Part shown: in pieces, positions 1 to 8,700 of the stretch
How the letters are laid out: each line of letters opens with the position of its first letter
Position numbering within the stretch: position 1 is the stretch's first letter
Assembly: GCA_038215455.1 (NCBI GenBank)
Contig: JBBQQW010000003.1
Location: 1-37,914 of the forward strand
From: Armatimonadota bacterium
GTDB lineage: Bacteria > Armatimonadota > Hebobacteria > CAIYQO01
Reading direction: 5' to 3'
DNA: 37,914 nucleotides
Program-made: the position numbers and the translations under genes
The notes under the pieces: generated by a model
What the model saw: the letters and a program-made list of their open reading frames with translations, nothing else
The model's database searches: none
What the model was told of the DNA's origin: nothing

Positions 1-21
1 CCAGTTTATTGATCAGGCGGC

Positions 22-411
22 GCCAACCACCGCATCGACTTCACCAGCGACTGGAAAGATGCCGCCTGGCGCCGCCTGATCAATAAACTGGGCCGTGAAG
101 TGGTGGCGCAGCTCATCACCTTCCGCCACGCCGACCAATCCGGCAAAGGCACGCGCACCCAGGCCGACTGCGCCGCCGAAACCGCCGCGCTGCACCAACG
201 CCTGAAAGATATCTGCACCGCCACCCCCCCCGAATCATTGAAACTTGCCATCACCGGCGAGGAGATAATGCGCGCCAAAAACCTCCCCCCCGGCCCCCGC
301 ATCGGCCAGCTACTGGCCACCCTGCAGGAGCTGGTACTGGATGATCCAGCGGTGAATACGCGGGAGGAGCTGCTTAGGGTTTTGGCCGTATCAGGTGAAT
401 CAGATAATTGA
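22..411 (+). CDS. 3' part of a CCA-adding enzyme / poly(A) polymerase family nucleotidyltransferase (5' truncated)
   Basis: Frame 1 reads ANHRIDFTSDWKDAAWRRLINKLGRE...FRHADQSGKG...LAITGEEIM...LPPGPRIGQLLATLQELVLDDPAVNTREELL, the typical C-terminus of the CCA/PolyA-pol family. Bases 1-25 look like a fold-back artefact. Confidence 0.8.
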   Translation, partial: ANHRIDFTSDWKDAAWRRLINKLGREVVAQLITFRHADQSGKGTRTQADCAAETAALHQRLKDICTATPPESLKLAITGEEIMRAKNLPPGPRIGQLLATLQELVLDDPAVNTREELLRVLAVSGESDN

Positions 412-413
412 AA

Positions 414-2213
414 TTACCCCTCCCCGTGCCACGCATAGCATTGCGCGCTGATCTCGCGGAACGCTGCTACCATGTGCGGGTAGGGGGTGTCGGTGATGTC
501 TACTACGCCGATGAGCATGTTCTCTCCGTTGCTGGGGCGGCCGGTGACGGGCTGGTCCTCGAACTGGAACCAGTGCGTACCGATACAGTAGGGCAGCTGC
601 GCCGCGGCCTGGGAATAGGCGCATACGGCACGCTGGCGCTCGGTGGCGGTCAGCGCCATCCACGGGGTGATAGGGCCACGGGGGTCGCGCAGGGCGAACT
701 GGTGCTCGCCGATCTGGATAGGCTTGCCGGCGGCGGCGTACCATTCATCGAACTGCTCGCGCAGCGGGATGATAGAGTAGGCGTTGACCGAGAGCACATC
801 CACGTAGCGCCCGGCGATCTCCGGAATGATCCGCGCGGGCATATTGCGCACAAAACGACATCCGAGGTAAAGGTGATTGGGATCCGCCTCCTTCAGTACG
901 CGGCGGATAGTGGAGAAGTATTTCTCCGCATAGCGCGCCGCTTCATCGGGGGCGAGTTTATTCCAAGGTAACTCATTGTCGACGAAGTAGCCGATCAGCC
1001 AGGGGTCGTCCGGGGCGACTTCGGTGGCGATCTGCGCACGCAGTGCCTCCTCCCAGCCGGGAGTGCCAATATCAGGGAGCAAATGGGGGCGGGCCAGCGG
1101 GTTAGTAGTGCGCGAGGAGAGCGTGCGCACGTAAGCGATACCGCCGCCTGCGGCAACGCGCGGATCGCACCAGTTGGCTAACGTATTACTGCCCCAGGCG
1201 TGCATGCGCTCGCGCTGCCGTGCCAACCACGCCTGCTGCGAGCCGTATTTGCGCAGCACATTCTGCGCGTAGTAGCTGACTTTACCATCGGAGAGCGCCG
1301 GGACATCCAATCCCCCCTGCGGCGGAAGCTCCGCAAACAGCTCCTCGCGCCCCTGCGTGATAGTGGCGTCGCCCAGACGGATACCAGTAGGCCCGGTAGA
1401 CCAGAAGGGCAGCCCCTCGGGGTCAACGTACCACCAGCGCCCGGCGGCATCCTGTTCCACGTGGAAGAATCCGCTGGCGGCAAAGCGCACCCCGCCCGTC
1501 CAGCCGCCATAGCGCCCGCGCTCTGCCGGTGGCTGGGTGCGCTGCAGCAGCTCTGTCTCGGCGTCACGCACGGTGATCAGATCGGCATCACTGCGTATCT
1601 TCCCCGGCCAGTCGGTGTGGATACGCTGGCCCCAGCGGTCTATCACCGCCCCGTGCACATGCTGCCCCGCCAGCGCCAGCCGCGTGAGATCGCAGCTACC
1701 AGCCGGTCCACCCTCCGGCAGGAAGAAGGCCAGGCGGATTGACTGCGGCTCATAGGTAGCCATATTGCCCTGGATGAGGCCGATATCCGCCAGCGCAACG
1801 GCCAGCGTCGCCGTCTCCCCCGGCGCGAACGCCCGGCGTTCCAGCAGCCGGCTGCGCGAGCCAAAGACGGTAAGCTCTATCTCCATGGCCACCGGCCCGT
1901 TGGTGATCTCCGCCTCCAGCCGCTCCCAGCCTCGCCACGATATCGGCAGCGCGATAGCGGAGGGCACCACCTCCAGGAATACTACGCGCGGACAGTCCTC
2001 GATATAGTCGGCCTGGCCGTGGTACGCCAGCGCCGCACATTCCAGCCGCACCCCGCCCGGCGCCACCGCCACGCTAACCGCCTCCAGCCGCACCGCCTCC
2101 CGGCGCACACTACCACCGCCCCCGGCGATAAACGCCTCCACCCGCTCGATCTCAGCAATCGGCGGAGCCACCAGCGCAGACAGCGCAGCACAGTGCATAG
2201 GGGAATCAGACAT
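414..2213 (-). CDS. GH50 (beta-agarase-like) glycoside hydrolase with N-terminal CBM-like region
   Basis: Motifs IDRWGQ, RYGGW, GFFHVE...WWYVDPEG, WGSNTLANW, DPWLIGYFVDNELPW, DPNHLYLGCRF, KPIQIGEHQF, HWFQFEDQP...GEN. GGAGG RBS 7 nt upstream. No signal peptide. Confidence 0.85.
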   Translation of the reverse strand: MSDSPMHCAALSALVAPPIAEIERVEAFIAGGGGSVRREAVRLEAVSVAVAPGGVRLECAALAYHGQADYIEDCPRVVFLEVVPSAIALPISWRGWERLEAEITNGPVAMEIELTVFGSRSRLLERRAFAPGETATLAVALADIGLIQGNMATYEPQSIRLAFFLPEGGPAGSCDLTRLALAGQHVHGAVIDRWGQRIHTDWPGKIRSDADLITVRDAETELLQRTQPPAERGRYGGWTGGVRFAASGFFHVEQDAAGRWWYVDPEGLPFWSTGPTGIRLGDATITQGREELFAELPPQGGLDVPALSDGKVSYYAQNVLRKYGSQQAWLARQRERMHAWGSNTLANWCDPRVAAGGGIAYVRTLSSRTTNPLARPHLLPDIGTPGWEEALRAQIATEVAPDDPWLIGYFVDNELPWNKLAPDEAARYAEKYFSTIRRVLKEADPNHLYLGCRFVRNMPARIIPEIAGRYVDVLSVNAYSIIPLREQFDEWYAAAGKPIQIGEHQFALRDPRGPITPWMALTATERQRAVCAYSQAAAQLPYCIGTHWFQFEDQPVTGRPSNGENMLIGVVDITDTPYPHMVAAFREISAQCYAWHGEG

Positions 2214-2242
2214 AGCAGTACCTCCGGGAATAATCTTTGGTA

Positions 2243-2271
2243 AGCATAGTGGGCAATCGGCGGTGCGTCAA
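2243..2271 (-). promoter_or_regulatory. sigma70-type promoter for the GH50 gene
   Basis: TTGACG-N17-TATGCT on the minus strand, about 30 nt upstream of the start codon. Confidence 0.6.
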
Positions 2272-2293
2272 GGGAGCAATAAGCAAGAGGTGG

Positions 2294-2588
2294 TTTCAAA
2301 CCCTTTCCGCTGGGATTGAAATCCCGGCTGCAGGGCATTAAAATGCCAGTCGTCCGCCTTCGCGGACTTTTCTGACCGAATGACAGCGCGCTTCAGCGTG
2401 CTTGCCGCCTGTTAGCCACCTCCTTCAGGGGGTGGGTTAGGATTTCAAACCCTCTTTCCGCTGGGATTGAAAATCCCGGCTGCAGGGCATTAAAATGCCA
2501 GTCGTCCGCCTTCGCGGACTTTTCTGACCGAATAACAGCGTGCTTCAGCGTGCTTGCCGCCTGTTAGCCACCTCCTTCAGGGGGTGGG
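2294..2588. repeat. Tandem pair of ~145-bp REP/BIME-like units
   Basis: Copies at 2294-2436 and 2443-2588 are nearly identical. Each holds five short hairpins: GGGATTGAAATCCC, GGCATTAAAATGCC, GTCCGC-CTTC-GCGGAC, AGCGCGC-TTCA-GCGTGCT, CCACCTCC-TTCA-GGGGGTGG. Confidence 0.9.
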
Positions 2589-2769
2589 GTGAAATAACCT
2601 CTTAACTCTCGTTTTGTCATTCCCATACTCCATCATTGTTGACTGACAAACTAAATGTGCGACTATCACAACGTTGCGGTGTGGGAAATGGTGCTAACAT
2701 GCATTTAGCAGATACTTGGATCGGGAATATGCTTTCTCGGGTGAGCTGTCAGATAGGTTACTATTAAAA

Positions 2770-5700
2770 ATGTCAGCATTATTTTCACTTTTACCAGATA
2801 ATATCAGCACTAATAAAATACCTGAGCCGATGCGCGCCAACTATATCGATATTACCCTGCTGGAGGAGTACGCACGCGAGTTAGCACGGCTGCAGGTAGT
2901 ATCGACACGCCTGCAGCGTTCGCGCTCGTTGCTGCGGAGTCTGGAGACGGATTATCGTGCGTTGAACGCCTCGCAACGCACTATTGTGAGCTGGGTGCGT
3001 TGCAATGTGCCACTCACGCGCTCGGTGGAGTGGCTGCTCGATAACGCCCATATCATCAATGCGCAGGTGCGCGAGATCCGCCGCAACTTGCCCTCCAGCT
3101 ACTATAATGAATTGCCCAGGCTCACCGAGCAGCCCTTTCGCTCCTTCCCACGCGTCTATGGCATGGCGGTGGAGGTGATCTCGCACTCGAATAGCAAACT
3201 GGACGAGGAGCGCATCGCTACCTTTGTACGCGGATACCAGACCGACACCACGCTGACCAGCGGCGAGCTGTGGGCATTGCCGATAATGCTGCAGATCACG
3301 CTGGTGCAGAATCTGCAGCGGCTGACACGGCAGATTGTCGACGCGCAGCAACGGCGCACGGTGGCGGACAAGTGGGTAGACAAAGTTTTCGCGCTGGCGC
3401 GCAAAGACCCCAGCAAGCTGGAGCAGATGTTGCGAAAGCAGGATAACCTGCCCGAGATCCTCGATGCCGTGCTGGCGGTGCAGTTGCTGCAGCGATTCTT
3501 TGACCAGGGGGCGGCAACGACGCCACTACTGCACTGGCTGGAGGTGCGGCTGGCGCGTCAGGGGATGACATTTGATGATGTCACCCACACCACCCATGCC
3601 AATGAGGCAGCGAATCTGGAGTCGGTGGGTAATTGCATCACCAGCCTGCGCTTCGTCGCCGGGTATGACTGGGCGGTCTTCTTTGAGAGCGTCAGCCGGC
3701 TGGAGCAGGCGCTGCGTGCGGATCCGGCGGGCATCTATCCGCAGATGGACTTCCCCACGCGCGACAGCTACCGCCACGCGATTGAGCGGATAGCGCGGGA
3801 CACCGAGCATACCGAAGAAGAGGTGGCGCAATTCTGCATTGAGCTAGCCAGTATTGCGCACACGACTGAGGAGTTGCCCGCCAAGCGTCGCCATATCGGG
3901 TATTACCTGCTGGACAAGGGGCGTGATACGCTCTATGAGCGTGCGTGTGGCCGTCGTTGCAAGCAACTTCGCCGTATCGGACGCGCATTGCTGCCACATA
4001 CTCAGCCGCTCTACCCGCTGATTATCATCGCCGTCACCGCACTGCTGGTGGACTCGATGCTGCACTTTGCCCCGGCAGCATCCGGCTTCATCTGGTGGCT
4101 GATGCTATTACTGCTGATCATCCCCGCCAGCGATCTGGCTATGCACATCATTAGTTGGGCAGTGATGAAGCTCTTTCCCCCGAAGCTGCTGCCCAAACTG
4201 GAGCTTAAGGAGGGGCTGACGCCAGAATTTCGCACGGTTGCGGTGATCCATACCATGCTCTCGAAGAACCTGCGCACCCAGCAACTGGTGGAGCAGATGG
4301 AGGTCTACTATCTGGCCAACCAGGAGGATTGCCTGCACTTCGCCATCCTCTGCGACTTTCCCGATGCGCAAGAGCAGATAATGCCCAATGAAGATAAGCT
4401 GCTGACCTATGCGCAGGACGCTATCCAGGCGTTGAATGATAAATACCCGTCAAGTGAAACCATCTTCTATCTGTTCTATCGCCAACGACAGTGGAATACC
4501 GTGGAGCGCAAGTGGATGGGCTGGGAGCGTAAACGTGGTAAGCTGGAGGAGTTCAATCGCCTGCTGCGCGGGGCCAGCGACACCAGTTTCGTCACGCTGG
4601 ATGGTGACCTGTCCGTGCTGCAGCAGACGCGCTTCATCATCACGCTGGATGAGGATACGCAACTACCGCGCGATGCCGCCAAACGGCTGGTGGGGACGCT
4701 GGCGCACCCGCTGAACCAGGCGATCCTCAACGCGGAAGGTTCACGGGTAATCGAAGGCTACGGGGTGCTGCAGCCGCGTGTATCTATAGCCATCACCAGC
4801 GCACGCCGCTCGCTTTTCGCCTCCATCTTCGCCGGGCAGACGGGCATCGACCCCTACCCCACCGCTGTATCCGATATCTACCAGGATCTCTTCGGCGAGG
4901 GTATCTACATGGGCAAGGGTATCTACGATCTGGATACCTTCATGACCGTGCTCGATGGCACCTTCCCGGAGAATTCGGTGCTCAGCCACGATCTGCTGGA
5001 AGGTTCGCACATCCGTGCCGGTATGGTGACCGATATCGAGATGGTCGACAGCTTCCCGGCGCATTACCTGGCGGCGGCGGCGCGGATGCACCGCTGGATA
5101 CGCGGCGACTGGCAGCTTATCCCCTGGCTCTTCCGCATGCCCTACAACGCAGCTGGGCAGCGGGTGCGCAACCCGCTCACGCTCATCTCGCGCTGGAAGA
5201 TCCTCGACAATATGCGCCGCAGTCTGGTTCCCCCCGCGGTATTCGTCCTGCTGGTAGCCGGTATGACTATCCTGCCGGGTGGCTACGGGCGCTGGTTGTG
5301 CTTCTCACTGCTGGTGCTGGCCACCCCTATCATCTTATACGTTACCGATGATCTGCGTACTAACTGGGGGTTGCTGGCTACCGGGGCATTTCGCTGGCTC
5401 TTTCCGCACCTGCGCATCATGTTCCACCAGATGTTGCTCTCTATTATCCTTATCCCGCACCAGGCGTATCTGATGGTCGATGCCATCGTGCGCACACTCT
5501 GGCGCTTGTTCTTCACCCATTGCCGGCTACTGGACTGGGAGACAGCGGCGGATGCCGAGAGAAGGATGCGCGTGGATATGGGGGGCTATTTCCGCACTAT
5601 GTGGCCCGCGCTGGCACTGGCTGTTGCGGCTTGCGCAGCTATCATCTTCACCGTACCGATGACGCTTCTCTACCTGTCCCCGCTGCTTACCCTCTGGCTT

Positions 5701-8700
5701 TGCTCACCTTATGCTGCATGGCTGGTAAGCCAGAAGAACACCACCAGACCGCTGCCCCTTACCGAGGCTGATAAACAGGAGCTGCTGAAGCTGGCACGCA
5801 GCACCTGGGGGTATTTCGAGGATAATGTCACTCTCGGCGACCACTTCCTCCCTCCCGATAACTATCAGGAGCAGACCGAGGCGACTACCACTGATTCCGC
5901 CACTGATAATTGCCTGGCACACCGCACCTCGCCGACGAATGTGGGGATGTATCTGCTCTCGGCATTAGCTGCCTACGACCTGAAATTCATCACTCTGTCA
6001 GATTTCCTCAACCGAGTGAGCAACACCCTGGAGACGCTGGAGGGGCTGCCGCGCTACTATGGCCACTGGTACAACTGGTACAACACCCAGACGAAGGAGC
6101 TGCTCTCCCCACGCTATGTCTCCACCGTTGATAGTGGGAATCTAGCGGGCTGCTTCATCGTGTTGAAGCAGGGAATAGAGGAGTTCCTGCAGTTGCCGGA
6201 CAGCACGCTGGCACTGGCGCTGGAGTTGTCTCCCGGGTCTGCTGATCAAGCACAACAGTTACAAGAGCGACGCGAGGAATGCCAACAACTGATGAACCGG
6301 CTGATGAAGTGTGTGATGGAGATGGATTTCAAGCTGCTCTTCGATGAAAAACGCCAGCTATTCCATATCGGTTTTCAGGTGGAAATTGCCAAATTAGACG
6401 ATTCCTATTATGACCTGCTCGCCTCCGAGGCACGTCTGGGAAGTTTTATCGCCATAGCCAAGGGAGACGTGGCGGAGAAGCACTGGTTCCGCATGGGGCG
6501 ACAGCTGACACAAAGCGGGGATATGCGTTCGCTGCTCTCCTGGAGCGGGACGATGTTTGAGTACCTGATGCCGTTGCTGGTGATGCGAAATTACCCCGGC
6601 ACACTACTCGATGAGACCTATACCGCAGTAGTAAGGCGGCAGCAAGAATACGGGGCGCAGGTAGGTCTCCCCTGGGGGGTATCGGAATCCGGCTTTAACG
6701 CACGTGACCTGCAGTTCAACTACCAGTATCTGGCCTTCGGTACCCCCGGGCTGGGGCTGAAGCGTGGCCTGGCCGCAGACCGCGTGGTGGCACCCTACGC
6801 CACGGTGCTGGCACTGGCGGTAGACCCCGCCGGAGCCATGCGCAATATCGCCACGCTGAAAAGTATGGGAGCGGGGAATAAATACGGCCTGTACGAGGCA
6901 TTGGACTTCACCTCCGACCGCGTCCCCCGGGGTGAGAAATTCGCCATTGTGCGCAGCGTCATGGCGCATCACCAGGGGATGTCCATCCTCGCTATCGACA
7001 ACATCCTGCAGCGTAACATCATGCAGGAGCGCTTTCACGGCGAACCGATGATCCGCGCGACCGAGTTGCTGCTGCAGGAGCGCCTGCCGCGCCACGCCGC
7101 GCTGATAGAAAATGCCCAGGCAGACGACGTCGCCTGCCGTATCGTCACCCCTATCGAGGTGCCGGTGGTACGGCAATTCACCACCCCGGATACAGTGGAA
7201 CCGGAGGGGCAATTGCTCTCCAACGGGCACTACTCGGTACTCCTCACTGCATCTGGCGGTGGCTATAGCAGCTGTGACGGTATCGCCGTCAGCCGATGGC
7301 GTTCCGATCCTACCAGCGATATATGGGGGAGCTACTGCTATATTCGTGACATTGAAAATGACCAACTCTGGTCTACCACCAGTCACCCGCTGGCGGAGAA
7401 TAAGACCCGGCCCGTGCAACAGGCCGAAGATTACCTGGCGTCATTTGCCAGTGACCACGTGGAATATCACCGCCGCGACGGGGATTTTATCACACAGATG
7501 GATGTCACAGTTACTCCCGACCACAATGCCGAGGTGCGGCGCATATCCATCACAAATAATGGGCGCAAGCCGCATCGACTTGACCTGACCAGCTATACCG
7601 AGGTAGCGCTGGCACCGTTGCCGGCAGATCTCGCGCATCCGGCATTCAGCAAGCTCTTCCTGAGCACCGAGTTTATCGCATCACATAATGCCCTGATCTG
7701 CAGCCGACGCCCGCGCACACCAGCGGAGAAAAGCCCGATAATGTTCCATGTGCTGGCCTATGAAGGGAAATCCTACGGCCATGTTCGCTATGAGACTGAC
7801 CGCAACAAATTCATCGGGCGTGGGCGGGATGTCTCTAATCCCGAGGCGCTGGATCAGCATCATCGGCTGGGCAACAGCCAGGGATCAGTGCTGGACCCGG
7901 TGCTGTCATTGCGTCGCCGTGTCCGCATCAATCCCGGGCAGACGATCCGCGCATATTTCACTACCGGTATCGCCCCCGATCGTGCAGAAGCATTGCAGCT
8001 GATTGAGCATTATCAAGAAGCGAAGTACGCCGACCGCGCCTTTGTACGCGCCTGGACACATAGCCAGGTAGAACTGCGTTTCCTGCAGATGAGTGCCGAG
8101 AAAGCGCACCTGACCCAGCGTATCGCCTGCCGGTTACTTTACCCGAATACCCAACGCCGGGCACAGGCGGAAAGTATCAATAATAATAAGCGCGGCCAGG
8201 CCGGATTATGGGCCATGGGGATATCCGGTGACCTCCCCGTGTTGCTGGTGAGTATCAACCGTGAAGAAGAGACTGATATTGTGCGTGAGGTACTGCAAAT
8301 TCACGCCTATCTGCGCTTCAAGGGATTGACCAGTGACTTGGTTATTATGAATGAGCAACGCGGCAGTTACCTGCAGCCACTGCGCGACCGCCTGCGGACG
8401 ATATTGAGCGACAGCCCGGACCGCGACATGGAGAACCGTGCCGGTGGCGTCTTCATGATACAGCGCGACGTTATCAGTGCGGACGATTACCTGATATTGA
8501 CAGTCGCAGCACGCGTTATCCTGAAGGGCAGCGCGGGCACGATAAAGGCGCAACTGGAATCGAAATTGCTGGACACTCCGCTGCCCAAGAGATTCCGCCA
8601 GTGGCGCTTCGACCGGCAATATTCGGAGACAGCATTCCCCACAGAACAGTTATTATTCGAGAATGGCCTGGGAGGCTTCACCGGAAATGGCCACGAATAT

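Noticed and set aside
2294-2588. Possible mini CRISPR array
   Set aside because: The units are ~145-bp near-identical tandem copies with no unique spacers, and no cas genes are present.
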